DNA of 64,000 nucleotides from Tubiluchus corallicola (Eukaryota > Animalia > Priapulida). A program made the translations under genes and the position numbers. The notes below the pieces were generated by a model. That model did no database searches. It had not been told where the DNA came from and saw nothing but the letters and a program-made list of their open reading frames with translations. The stretch spans positions 1 to 64,000 of the forward strand of contig JAQGDQ010000005.1 in NCBI GenBank assembly GCA_030141605.1. Reading direction: 5' to 3'. Numbering within the stretch: position 1 is the stretch's first letter; the number at the start of each line of letters is the position of its first letter. Of this stretch, positions 1-13,641 are shown in pieces.

Positions 1-812
1 CGCAAAAGATTTTGCGTAAAAAACCACGTGTAATCAATAACACGCGAACATCCTACCTAGTCCTCATTTATTACACAAAGCCCGTAACATCATGCCTACT
101 GTTTGTTTAACTAACGCAAACCCGTAGCAGGCAGCTTTTTGCTGAATTAAAGTTATAAGATTATAGACAGAATACAATGGATGACGTCACAACAATGCCT
201 TTGCGTCAGCAGTTTTCTAAGCGAAAATTGCCGAAAATGGAACCTCTAATTAACTCGTCGATACTCCTCTCGGTGGACCTGCCCTAACATATAACCCGCA
301 TCATCGTGTAGCCCTGTCCTTCCTCTTTGTAAAGAGCTATATATCTTCTTCCGAGAGTCCCACCGGGCGCCGCTAGAACGTTTTTACCGCATGCTGTTTG
401 GTCAAAATTTCGAAAAAATCGCAAGTTGGGTCCGGGAAAACGCCCGTTGCGGGACCCCGTGGCCCTCTCGCGAATTCTAAATAGGCCTATGACACCCATC
501 GCTGAACGGGCTATCTATCCATACCCAGCACCACCCTCGGCCCATTCCCGTTCTCTACATCTCAGCCGTATAACTTTTGCAAAAAACGGCCGAAAAATGG
601 CCATTTTTGGAGGTTTTTCGCCCCCGTTCCTCCCGGTGGGCCCCATTCGAAAAATAAACCATCAATGGCACGACACTAGATCGAGACCTTTCGTTTGATG
701 TATAGATCGCCGCAAATGGTGCCCTCGTCCGGGCTGTAGCCTCGAATCTTATATATATATATAAATTAAGATACCAAGAATATTAATATAAGAGTATAGA
801 TATAGATATAGA
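1..812 (-). mobile_element. Probable end of a non-autonomous element (Helitron-like 5' end), extending beyond window start
   Basis: GC-richer block with a sharp boundary near 812; on the - strand it begins A|TCTATATCTATATCTATAC, a TC start typical of Helitron-derived repeats. The other end is not visible. Confidence 0.3.
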
Positions 813-2276
813 TTTAGCTTTCAAAATTATAGTTTAATATAAGTGTACTTTTCTAAATGAATTTTGCAGTCTAAGGTAACTTTTTTAACTTGTGAGTGGT
901 TTTCCTGTTCTCAATAATGGTTGTTTATGGAGTCATTACTTGTATATATAGTCAGTAAAAACTTTGCAAATGCATTTCGTATTAAAACTTGTTAATGTGT
1001 ATTTACTAGCATAGCCTTGTTAGGCTAAACACGGGAAACGATGTTGAAATGGCAGACAGTCATAAATAGATATTAGTGACGTAGTATTCAGTTGTGCATG
1101 GCTTCCATTGACAAGTGTCAGGTGGCTTCACAGCTTACATAATAGCAAATTTACAGGACGTGCATTAACGAGTCCATTGCTGCTTCAGTTTTTCACTCCT
1201 CGGGGTATTTTAATCAGCTTGCTTGCTAATTAGAAACAGCAAAGCAACAAACTCTATGCAACAAGCAAGTTCTTTTATAGGCGTCGGTGTAATCTAATAT
1301 CATCAGGAGACATGCGAATGAAAATTGAATAACGCGAAGCATCTTATGTCGCGCCTAAGGCACTAAAGCTTTCCTATCCCATAAAGGCTGTTGTTTTCCG
1401 CGTTTTTTACAAGTGATCATTGCAGGTCAGGAGGAGAGCAGATTGCCAAGGACCTTACTTGACAGGCAAGAACATGCAAAGTAAAATCCATTTCACATGC
1501 TGCCTGTGGGCTTACTTGTTAGACAAAATACATGTTTCTCAAGATCAATGTAAAAAACAGATACCTCTAATGTCTGCCACGGATGTGGTTTCAAAAGCAC
1601 TATGTGTCAAGTACAACCGCTATGCACATTGTTTAAAATAATTAATCAGTTGTCTTCCTTATTCTTGTGCAATGTGCACGTGAAGTAAAATGAAGTACGT
1701 ACTTTAACAAGTAAAGTAAGAAATCTCGTAATTCCGAAGGTAATTAATTCGAAACCACGACAACTGTAGAATCTTTATATAAGTTTCCAAATGCGGAACA
1801 AAGTCTTTGAATGACGTTTTGGTTGTGGGTAAAGGCCAGCTTCAATACGCCACACATGCATGGGCATTGTCTTTAGCTAGCTAAAAAGCAATTTGCATAT
1901 AAAATGAAAAAGGGGTAAAACAAATGGGTATCGATTAAATTCTTGTTTCCCTTAACTGCGCATGTACTTCAGTCTCGTTTTTTTGATAATGTTTCCAAGC
2001 TATACTGACATAACTATGAGTGATAATTGTTACATTTTTACGGAGAGGATTGTGTGACGATTTTGTAAAACTTTCGCATACGATTATGCGACTTCTCGAG
2101 CTGGAGCCTAGCACTTAATGATAGGTCCTAGTCAACTATAGATAATTGTGGCGGGTTTGGAATCAATCTCAGCATTAAAGATAAGATATTCCAAGATGAG
2201 ACACTCAACGGCCAGAGGTGTCTTAATCACGAATGTGAATTGAAAATGTGTGCATACTCTCTTTTAACGAGGTAAA

Positions 2277-2550
2277 TGGAGGGAGAGATGAAGGGAGAAG
2301 AGAAAGCAAAATGAAAAAGAAAAGAAAAGTAGTGAAGGGAAAGGAAGAGAAAGAAAGAAAATTGAAGGAAAGGAAGGGAGCAGAGGAGAAGAGAGGAAAA
2401 CAGAGAAGAGGAGAGAAGAGAAGAAAGAAGGGAAGACAAGAAAAAGAAAAGAAAGGAACAGGAAAGGAAAGAAGAGAAAAATGGGAAAGGGGAGGAGAAG
2501 CGAAGAGAATAGAAGAAGAGAGAGGAGAGGCGAGGAGAGAAGAGAAGATG
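2277..2550. repeat. Purine-rich (GA) low-complexity tract
   Basis: Almost pure A/G; explains the spurious K/E/R and F/L/S ORFs here. Confidence 0.9.
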
Positions 2551-3752
2551 AACTAGCAACATTATCAATGTATGGAGCGTTGAGTAAAATTGAGGATTCA
2601 TTAGTTTTTTTATACACGAAGGACATGTTTCAAACCGCATGGCTTCGCTTTTTGTTTGCTCACATTCGCCGAATGGTCCAAATCGTACAAAACGGCATTA
2701 ACACATGTAAATCTAGCGTTTGTAATCCTCTTTCACGAACCCAGACCGTTTATCGGCATCCTGTTCATTGTCGTTTGCGATCGAAAGCTTTTTGTTTGCC
2801 AAATACGATTTAGGTTGTTTTATCGACGCATTTTGGCACGTTGTTTCGTGCACATGACGGCATATTTCCACTATCGAGGAAACAATATGCTCGCCACAAT
2901 CCATCATTTTTTCCCCAACTTCAAATTTTGACGAGAAATTGGAGAAAAGTGTTGATAAGTGTCCGTCAACTGCTGTTGACGCCTTTTTATTGATTTGAAA
3001 GTTTTGTGTCCTAAGTTGTCCATGCACTTTTTCAGTTTATTCATTGATACGAGCGATGTTTGCATTGACGATGTTATCCCACGAACTTGCCAATATATTT
3101 GTTAATGCTAAGTAGAACTAGGATAAATCTAACGAAAAAATGTTGCTGCGTTTTTGACCAGCACCACAAGTAAACAGTTCTTAGTACTGATGCTGCCAGG
3201 ATAAGACATACTTACTAACAGCTATTATTTGCTGAAAGAATGACAAATTACGTCAAATGCTTTACTGTTTTACGGGAAGGTTGACTCTAGTATTGATTTA
3301 AACAAAATTTTGCAAGGAAGCTCGCTGGCCTGAATACCCAATCATTATGGGCTCGAAAGCAAATGTTAATTTATCAACTTTTGATAACTATGTATAAAGT
3401 GTCAACTTACGTATTAAATAACTTAATTTCTTTTGAAAAACAATTTTATAAGGGCAAAAATTGTATCTTTATATTGTCAGATATTCAGAAGAAATATCTG
3501 TTGTGACCGTCAACGCTTCTCGCAAACAGAAATTATGACTGGGGTCTGCGAACATAAGGACATTAATTTATCATACGTGGATTTCATACTCTGCAGTCTG
3601 CCTTTCATGCTTTTTGTCTGAACAAAACAAGTGGTTCACTCCTGATTGATTCATGTGAGCAAGCCTTTACTGGAAAGTATGCACAGTAATCCAATAGAAG
3701 CGGCTGTCGAACAAACAAGACATGAGACCGCTATACAACCAGCAGAGCAAAA

Positions 3753-3802
3753 ATTATCTGTATTAAACTATTAGTCGTCATTATCTGTATTAAACTATTA
3801 GT
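3753..3802. repeat. Short tandem duplication (27-bp period)
   Basis: ATTATCTGTATTAAACTATTAGT occurs twice in tandem. Confidence 0.85.
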
Positions 3803-4842
3803 AATGTTCACGCCGATAATTCTCTCTTGTTTTCAGAAGTAAATAGGGAATATAGAAGGACCTATATATAACAATGCCTTATTCATTTTCTCTTTTATTA
3901 ATCTCTCCCATTAAATAATTGATAAATAAATAATGAATTTTTAAAAAGTCACACCATATCAGCAGTGACTGAATACAATGTCTGAACACAGTAAACATAG
4001 AGAAAAAGAGTCAAAAGAGTTGCCTATGTGATATGTAATAATGATGCAGCTGTAAATTTGCAACTTTACCTTTGTATTCCTTATATTCAGCATTTCACAA
4101 TTTTAATAAAATGTGAACTGTTATCTGTGTATTAGAGTATTGTATTATGTGTTAGGTCCCTATTGGAATTTTTTACTTTATGTATTTTATCTGTCTAATT
4201 TTTGTATGTACTGTAAACTTACATCTGCTCTTTAAAGCATTACAAATAAAGGATAAATAAATAAGACTTTGTAATAAGCTGTGAATTGACGGCAAACAAA
4301 TTAACCAAAAAATCAGCAGGCTGTGCCTCTCATTCCGAAATGTACCGAAAAAGAGAGATATGTTTGAATTTCACATTTTACTATACAACAGCCAGTCATA
4401 AAACAGACACTCGATGCACACCGGCACATGCAACTGAATTATCTTCCACGACACATTGATCATTCCTCATGCAGACGAATGCATAAAAATCGGGTTTAAC
4501 TCTTGAGTAAAGGACTTTGTTTTCCTGACGCGTTGTACGATTCAGTACAGATTTATCTCTCTATTATGGAAACTAATCGCTGAATTAATTTCGAGCAAAC
4601 AGTAATCTAAACGAAAGGAATTAACATGAGCATTTACATGAGAATGCTGCATGTCGTTCGGCAATCTGTCGCTCTTTATTGCGCTTTATTCGTCGTATCG
4701 CTTGATTCATGTTGCAATGTGATGCATGTGAAATGCGGTTGAAAAGGACAGGGTGGACATAAAAAGTCTGAAACTTGAACGCTAGCAGTAGCTGGCAGTA
4801 TAATTAACAGTATATAATCTCTGTAAACAGGTGTGGTTTTTG

Positions 4843-5050
4843 AAATGAACGAATGAATAACTGGATAGAAGAAGCGGACTTGACGCACAAACATACAAAC
4901 AAACGAACGAACAAATGAAGGAAAGGAAAAAAAGTAAAAAGAGAGTACGAACTGGCGTGCGAATAACCAACAAATGAATGAATGAAAAGTAACTGAATGG
5001 CTAAATACGTGAATGTGTGAACGACTGAATAAATAAATGAATAGACGGAA
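4843..5050. repeat. Degenerate (GAAT/AAAC)n tetranucleotide tract
   Basis: Repeated GAAT, GAAC, AAAC units. Confidence 0.7.
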
Positions 5051-7770
5051 AAGAAAAACTCAATTAGTTTGAACATGAGTTTCTGAAAGCCGCAAAACAG
5101 TTCTTTCTTCGGAATGGTAACGGCTGCATCGCAGTTATTTGTCTAATAACATACAAGGCAGAGAAGTTTTATGTACAATCCAGTTTCCAAAGTCTGTCAA
5201 AGCTCAAAAGGCAGCTAAACCCAATGAAGTCAGAAGAAACAATAAAAGCCAGTGAAAAACTGCAGCCTAATCGAGACCATTTTCTTGCAAAAGATATTAG
5301 TAAGCATATTTGCATGATCTAATCTAATTGGCAAAACAATTTGGTTTAACAAAATTGGGTTTCAATGAAAAGCCATATTTACTGCATAAAAATAGAGTGA
5401 GTACCCCGCGAGAATCAAGCCGAAATATTATAATTGAATGGGAAGAAAATAGCCTTTTCTCCCCCGAGATGAACGGTTAATAAGGCGAGGAAATGACTTG
5501 TATGCATGAATATGAGCACTAGTTTTGCTAGAACAATGAAAAAGAGATTTTCCCCAAGGACAGCTTCACTGCCATATGAAATAACTCAACAGTTTGTATG
5601 TGTTTACATATCATTTGATAGATGAGTGCATGAGGCACGTGCTGGCTGCTATGGGATTTTGACACCTTTAGACGATCGTTTGTAACGCATGATGCGGCCC
5701 GGACTGCTCTCCAAATTTTGACTGTCGAGGTGAAAGAAACGATGAACTGTTTCTTTTTTACTTTTTCGGGAATTTAGCCAAGTTTATGGAGCAAAATCCA
5801 GCTAAACATTATTGTTTATAGATATAAAAAAGTATCAAAGTTTTAGATTTCTTCAATTTTACCAATGGCTTGGTTAAAGGGGCTCCAGCTTAGATATGCT
5901 TCGTCAAAGTGTTTTTTCTTGTAAACAGATAACACCACATTATGTGTATTGTACTATCACTACCTCTGTTAGTAAAATTAGGAGGGAACTAACAGATGTT
6001 AGTGTACCGTTAAAATGCTGAAAAACAAAAATAATTTAAATTCCGAAAAGAATATAGGCATTAATTATAGTGATAAGAACAGCTGCTTTCCAATACTGAA
6101 ATGTCATTAAGAAAATAAAGAATTCTTTTATTAACTATTTTGTTTTGTTGCCTCTTAGTATTCCCGTTAAAATAACGTAACCTAGATGCTTTTCTAACCT
6201 TGATCTGATACTAACTATGTTGGAAGACTTTATATATTAAGAATTTATATTTAGTGCACGGTCTAAAATTTCTCTTATTTTCAGTTAGAGTGTGCTTTTC
6301 ACGTGAGCTATATGATTTCTGGCATGCTACAGCCATGTATACACTAGTTATATTTATATTCAACTTAAGATACAATAAGAAATGGTAAATTAAAAGTGGA
6401 ACACTATGTGCGAATGACGTAATTGCGTACTTATATCTGCTTGATATAATTGCTAATGTTAATTTCTGCATTAGACTCTTTCTCGAGATAAGTACTACCC
6501 TGTATTTATTATTGCTACAGAACATTTTGCAGTCAGGCATATGTTGCGAGTGGTTCCGCTTCACCCACTGAAGGCATTTTACAGCAAATCCTTTCATACA
6601 CTGACATTGGCAGCAATAATTACTGGCAGTTGGCAGTCACTGTTATGTGGCTTCGTCATTGACACATTCAGTCTGTGAAGCTTATCTTAATTTGCGATTA
6701 TTTAAATACTCAATAATCAAATTTTTGGTCATTGTACTACCCGTATAGCTTGCTAATGCAACTCTGCACTGTCAATATTAAGTCTGTCACTTGAATTTTC
6801 TTAGAAATTGATTGATACCCGATCCTGCATTCATTGCGAGAAGTTTGCAATAAATTTGATTGAATTAATAATCTAGTTTGTAATTAAAAGATTTTACTCT
6901 ATAACCATAAACGATTAGCATTTCCATAAAATATACGGCAAAATATGGTTTTAGCGACTCGGATCGGCTGGGCGACTTAACAGAGTTGGCTAAAAAGTTC
7001 GACCAAAAGATTCACTTCGTGACTCTATTCAGAGTACACGTACCTGACTTAAGATCGACTGCAGGCGGCTTTTTCTATAGGATCCAAGAAATGGACAGTT
7101 ACAAATGGATCTGATGTTACCACCGTCAAAATCATCATGACTTTCAATGCTAGTATTATGATGGCCAACATCACCGTTGTGATCCTCAGCCACTATCATC
7201 TTCTAAATCTGCTATACGCTGGATTTAACTATATATTAATATTTTTCGGACATTCTTAAGTAGACACTTGAAAGTCTTTTAGTGTAAATTTGATTTACTG
7301 CTTAATGCGTTTTTATTATCTATTCTTTTTGGCTCATTTTGACCTCGTAGTCAAATTCGCAGCTTCGTTTTGCATTTAGACTCTGAAATACGAAAGCTCT
7401 GAAATACCAGATCCCTCCTTGGATCTGGTCTTATTTCCGATATCGCCTTCATGCACAATTGCAAGATTGAGAAAGGGCTGGTGTTAGTCTGATGAAGTGT
7501 ATTATTACACGATGAAAGAGGTCTGGATTAGACAGTATTTGCAAACTAATTACTCACTGTTGACCCTTTTGGCATCCAATCTGTCAGCTGTGCTTCCGAA
7601 TCTGTCTAATTCTAAATCCTAACGATGAGACAATATGCGTTCGTTTGGCGGAGTGCAATATGCCGGTATCAGGTGCAGCGGCTTCCACAACTTAGCACGC
7701 TATTGTAACAGTTAAACTAATGAATTCTCGACGCTAAGTCTGTAATAATAAACTTCGGGCATGAAGTACA

Positions 7771-7840
7771 TTGGGAAGGGGTGAGACACCATATCAATGG
7801 GTATAAAGAGTGCGTTGGGAAGGGGTGAGACACCATGTGA
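7771..7840. repeat. Two-copy tandem repeat (44-bp period)
   Basis: TTGGGAAGGGGTGAGACACCAT occurs twice. Confidence 0.85.
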
Positions 7841-9015
7841 ATGTGATTTTAAAGGGTTCTTTTTGGCAATAATTGCTTCTGGTCTAGGACCGTACTCTAA
7901 TGTTTGAAATTGATGTGTATGCTATGTGTATGATGTGTATTTGCAGCCTCGCTTAGTGAAATGTTGGAAAGTCTTTGATAATAAGCAGTGCTGTTTCTGT
8001 GGACAAGAACGCCGGTCTTTTAGTTAATTCCGAAAACAGGTGTTTGGTTCTTCATTTTCGGTAGTTTAAAATGTCTACCTTAACAACTAAGAAAATTACA
8101 CCTTTAATAACGAAGCAATCGATAGCTTCGATACTGCGAATAAACATAAAATTGTGAGTCCAATATTAGCTATTCAATTAGTTCGCTACTTTCGTTGTTT
8201 TGACGATTTGTTGTTGGTTTAGTCTGTTAGATATTTCGTATCGAGGATACCTACTGTTTCACACATTCGACTCTTTGTTCGGTCAGTCAGTCGGTCGGCT
8301 GGTTGGTCAGCTGTCAAACGGGCTACTCAGTGAGATCTAAAAAGTGGATTAACTATTTAGCTGGACCCTAGTGCTGTAATGACTCTTGTAGCTTTTATAA
8401 AGTAGCGCAAAAGCAACATTTAGTCCTTTGTTGCACAATAATGAATCAGGATTGCAAACTCGTTCGTCTTGAATGCTTTTAATGAGAATTTGACAAACCC
8501 ATTACTTTGCACATCCAGGACGTCTTAATGCACAGCTTCGCCATGTTAGACTGCTCACATTATGTTAACACGCTCGAATTATTTGCCGCTTCCAACTAAT
8601 TAACTCATTTTCTTATGCACGAGCAGCTGTGAAAGCTTTATAGCTTGATGCTCGAGCATCATCATTACAGCCGAGTAAAAATATTTTTAAAAAAATTTTC
8701 TATTCGAAAAAAAATTGGGTGAAGTTGTACCTTGATCGTCAAGGTGCAGTGTGTAACCTACAAAAAAAATCACAGGCACTAAAAATAGCCGTTTCACTTC
8801 CAGGCACTAATCAAGAGCGACCAGATACTTTAATACAGCCAGCAGTCAAGAAAAGTCATATAATGTTGGATAACACGCAAAATATTAGTAGAATTGCACA
8901 GGGTGTCATGCTTAAACTAATAACAACAATTTTAAATATCTGTTTGGTAAGGAAGCTGTTTTTGTAGACATATTGCAGAATAATCATTAACCTTAATAGC
9001 TGCTGGAATTCAGAC

Positions 9016-9442
9016 GGTTTAGCCCCGTTTTACCCGAAAAAGTGTTTCCAAGATTTTTTTTACAGAAAAACCATTTCCGGGAACAAGTAACTTCTCATTC
9101 TTAGGAAAAAAATTGCCAGAATTTTTTCCGCTGAAAACTTTTTTCCTACAAAATATTTTTCCTAGAAAATTCGTTTCACAGAAAAACATTTCACCGAAAG
9201 ATTTTTTAACAGAAAGATCACGGTTACGTTTTTTAATTGAAAGTAGGATAATTCTTTCTCTTTTTCTGTTTGCTTCACCCACTTTATCTCCCTCCCTTCC
9301 TAGTCCCTCTTATGCTCTGCTTCTCTCTTTCTCCGTCTATCTCCCCTGTCTTTCTCACTCTTTTTCCCTCCCCTCTATCCCTCTTTTTTCCTCTCTCTTC
9401 CCTATTCCTCACCTTTTCATCCTCTTGTCCTCTCTCTTTCAA

Positions 9443-9494
<52 letters not shown>

Positions 9495-10544
9495 ATCTCT
9501 TCCCCTCTTTCATTCTCTGTCTTCCTCTCGCCTTTCCCAGTCCCTCCCTCTCACCCATTTTGTTCTTTTTCCATCCTTCCCTTTCTTCATCTCTCTCTCA
9601 TCCTGTCTCCCTCCTGTGTTTTCTCTCATTCTCACTCCCACTCTCCCTCCCTCACTCTTTCTACTTCCACGTTTCACTCTCTCCCTTCTCGTCCTCCCTC
9701 TCTCCCACCCTCTCTGTCTTTCGTTCTTTCTTTTTCTGCTTTCCTTAATTATTTATAGTGCTTTTATAAGTACTATTAAAAGTCAGAATCAAAATGACGC
9801 AACGTTTAATGGGCAACCTTGCTTATTTATTCTGTTTTGGAAAAGTATTTTGTTTTGAATCTCCATCTATTTGGTGCATATAATCACTTCAAATACTGAT
9901 TTTCACAGAATTTGAAATAAAGCTTAGTAAAGAATAATTATAAAAATTGAAAGAGTAACTTTTTCGCGAACTATAATTATAGATTTATGGATATCTTGAG
10001 GTCAATATTTGCCCAATAAATTATACTCCTTCGCGAAATGTTTTATATGTTCTTTTAGGGCAGGAGCAGATATTAGTTCATTATCGAAATAATTCGGAAT
10101 CACTGTAAAAGTACCTGCCCAAGAATGAAATTCCTAAGCGGTCTTACAAAACAAATCAGTTGCCACCTTTTCATTGTTTAACTTTGATATCTTCCCACAC
10201 GTCGTGATTACTCATTATTGCATATATGCAAAGATCAACATGATTCGCTACCTAATCATTTTGACGTTAAAGATCTACTTTCCTGCTTTATTCAGTTTGC
10301 CAATTTTTTCTATCATATGATCCCTATTAGTCAATACACTTAGTCAAAAAACTACTTTCTATTTTCAAATGAGTATTATCTAACTGCATTTTAAAAAGAA
10401 TAAATTACATTTTCTGTGAATTTTATTTACAGAAAATGGCAATTGTGGGGAAAATCTTTTCTGAGAAGTAAATTTTTCTGGCAAAAAAGTTTTCTGTGAA
10501 TTTTTTGTCGGGCAAAAAACTTTTCTGGAAAACGAGGCTATACC
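9016..10544. mobile_element. Non-autonomous DNA transposon (Mutator/foldback-like) with TIRs, subterminal TTTC.GAAAA repeats and CT-microsatellite core
   Basis: Left GGTTTAGCCCCGTTTT vs reverse complement of right end GGTATAGCCTCGTTTT (14/16); flanks ATTCAGAC (9008-9015) and ATTCAGAT (10545-10552) look like an 8-bp TSD; partial related copy at about 53680-54250. Confidence 0.7.
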
Positions 10545-12213
10545 ATTCAGATCTACGCTATATACTCTATGCACCTGTCTGCATGTCAAAAGTTGTGTGT
10601 TTTCCTAGATTTCACACATTGTCATTGGTTTTATATTTTTGAATGAAATCGTGTCTGTTGACTGACGAGCTCTAAAATCTGCTTTGATTATTTTTTGTTT
10701 AAATTTTCCGTGCAAATTATGAACGCCTAGCAGCATTACGTAGAGAGCCGTTCATCGTATCGCAAATCCGAGAAAACGTGCCTGTCTTGGGTAGACAGAC
10801 AGACCTCGAAACGTTGGTAGAATTTGAGAAATCAATAGATTTATGAAAATTTAGTTTTTTTTAGAAAGCACGCTAGCTTTATCCGCCGCTTACATGCAAA
10901 ACTAAAAATATATAAAAAAAAACATCTGAGGAATTCTGCTTGACTTGCGAGTGTTGATTCTATATGCTGACATTAAAAGCACATGTTCATCAATATGCAG
11001 CAAGTTGCTATAATTGCGTTGACTTAGACACTTATTATCCGCTGGCACGCGTCTTCCATCATCAGCAGATTTTCCATTAATCCGGCTAAAGTACATGAAG
11101 TAATTTACTTATTTTTGCTTCTTTGCACAGCATTATCTGCAGGAGGTCGTAATTTCCGCTAATCTTATCATTATTATGTCTTACTTGCATCGCTACCTTA
11201 ACTGACTTTTCGTCAGATATTTCTTGTCTAATTGCTGCAATCACTGTACAGTTTGTATCCACAGTCTGTTTACATAACTGGATGCTGGCAGCTCTGGAAA
11301 TTTTTATATTCAATCTTATAACACACCTACCAAAATTTCTGTGTCTTGACAATGTAGGAATTTTTAAAAAAATCCTTTGATCCAGTTATTTCACCATCAC
11401 GTATTGACTAATAATCGAGCAAACAACATATTAATCACACAAAGTTTTTGTGAAGTTTGAAAAAGATATTTAGCAGACCTTACGTTTTAATTAGTCGTTA
11501 ATTGCAGTAAAAGTTCCTAGTTTGTCGGGCGTCTTGAATAAATTGAGACACCCATAAGGGTCACTTAAACATGTTAAAAGTCCAAAGCAAACGCAAATTT
11601 TGTAGCTGTGATCAGCTGCTGATGAGTATGACGTATCCCAAGGTTCAACTAGCTCTTCAAGTTATTGGCAGTGCCAGGTTTTCGTTTTAGGTTTTCCGGT
11701 GCATAATTTGTGCAAAACTGAACTTTTTTAGTTTTGTATCAGTTAAAAATTTAACTGTTGCGTCATTTTTTATTTTTTATTTGATGATGACGTTGTTGTT
11801 GTTGTTGTTTATGGTGATGATGATGATATGGTGATGATGATGATTATTATTATAACGATAATTATGATTGCTTTCAATTTGATTCTCGTTACCCAGCTGT
11901 CTACGTTAAAGAAAAAATGATTATCTGGCGAACTTGCGTAACTGACAGCGCAGCATCTTCGCTAAAGCTCCTTAGCATCTTTTAATTTAGATTTGCTATT
12001 TCTGCTCGGATTGAGAAAATCTGGTGCTGGTGATGCCATGCGAAATTAATTGAAGTAGTTATTGATCTTTTAGAGGGATTAAGGCATGCAGTGATGATTA
12101 ATTTTATGGAGAAATGATTGGTTGGCCATTGGGCGAGGAGAAAGAAAATGAAAAAAGAAGAAAGACAGGAAAAAAAGAGGAAGAGAAGCAGGCAGAGGGA
12201 AAAAATTGAGAGG

Positions 12214-12226
<13 letters not shown>

Positions 12227-12300
<74 letters not shown>
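12227..12300. repeat. (AG)n microsatellite within a purine-rich tract (12135-12315)
   Basis: Uninterrupted AG dinucleotide run. Confidence 0.97.
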
Positions 12301-12307
<7 letters not shown>

Positions 12308-13295
12308 GAGAGAGATGTAAAATATAAAGAATGCAAAAAACATATACGTTTTTTGCATTCTTTCTATATATTTGCACTCTATATATTTCTGAAGTCCACT
12401 CCTGGATTGTGGCTTAAATATATATTTATTTATTTACTTAAGCCACAATCCAGGAGTGACGTTTCAGAATTAATAATTCGTATGCAACTACCCTATTGCG
12501 TTATAACGTTATATACCCCAGAAATAAAATGCTGAAGACAAATAAAAGGACACAAGTTTTCGTTAAAGGCTGTGAGATTAAAAGCGGACTGATATCGTAT
12601 ACTGGTTAATTTACGAATTACCTTCTCAGAATATGGAATGATTAAGATCTGTAGCATTTTTGTTATAACAGTTAAACAGAATTTCAATATTCACAATATG
12701 CATGAAAACCCCAAAGTACAATCAAAAAACCTCTTATGCCCGTAATGACATTTCCACGAGGAATTTTATGATTTAAGTTACACTCACATGCCTCCTAGTG
12801 GTATTAAACTACATAATCGGCTATAAAGAGCCTAGAGCGATGAGTCGAAACAGTTAATTATCGCGACTGGAGTTAAATGATCAACTCCTCAAGGAAGCCG
12901 CGGCTTGCAGGCAGTTAGGACACCAAATGCATGCTGAATTTACCATGGCGGTAGTCGCGGGGTATACATAATCTATCTATATATATATATACATACGGAA
13001 AAGTTAAGTTATTTTTGTGGAATATTATACACGGAGTGTATTGGAATATTTTATGATTTCACAATTTATTTATTAGTGCCAGAAGAAATAGGTACAAAAC
13101 AAGAAACAAAACGTACATACAATGTCAATATAGAAATATGTCGAAACATATAAGATATTACAATATAATATATTATTACTATTATACATTATAAGCACAT
13201 TATAATTATATTATAATGTATAATAATATTATTGGTAATATTATTATAAATATTGATTACTCTATAAATAATAATATATATTATTATATATTATT

Positions 13296-13641
13296 ACGTT
13301 AATGAAGTTCAACTACGAACTTGCCATCACGACTAACAGACAAATAAACAAGAGAAATTAATAATTAATAAACGATTATTAATGAATTTCTCACAATAAC
13401 GAAAAGAAAAAGCAAGATAGACTTATGTGTGGTGTTTTCTATGGCTATTACTGAATGTGTTAATATCACGAAATCCAAAAAATTATATTTAGAAATATCT
13501 GTGCTTTTAATTTTTTTAACTGAAGCTGGTTCACAGTGGTGGTTTCCTTATTGCTGGAAACCAATAATAGTCATTTATTAATTATTAATCGCTTGTTTAT
13601 TTGTTTGGCAAAATCGTAGTTGAACTTAATTTAATTAACGT
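13296..13641. mobile_element. MITE-like element with about 90-bp imperfect inverted repeats
   Basis: ACGTTAATGAAGTTCAACTACGAACTTGCC...CAAATAAACAAG...ATTAATAATTAATAAA on the left matches the reverse complement of 13565-13641; no clear TSD. Confidence 0.65.

Noticed and set aside
2227-2813. ORFs of 100-137 aa rich in K/E/R or F/L/S
   Set aside because: By-products of a purine-rich low-complexity tract; the same applies to ORFs at 9113-9858, 11982-12535, 53920-54391 and 61317-61585.
10785-10820. CGAAACGTTGG resembling the 3' half of a Penelope hammerhead
   Set aside because: No upstream CTGANGA core.
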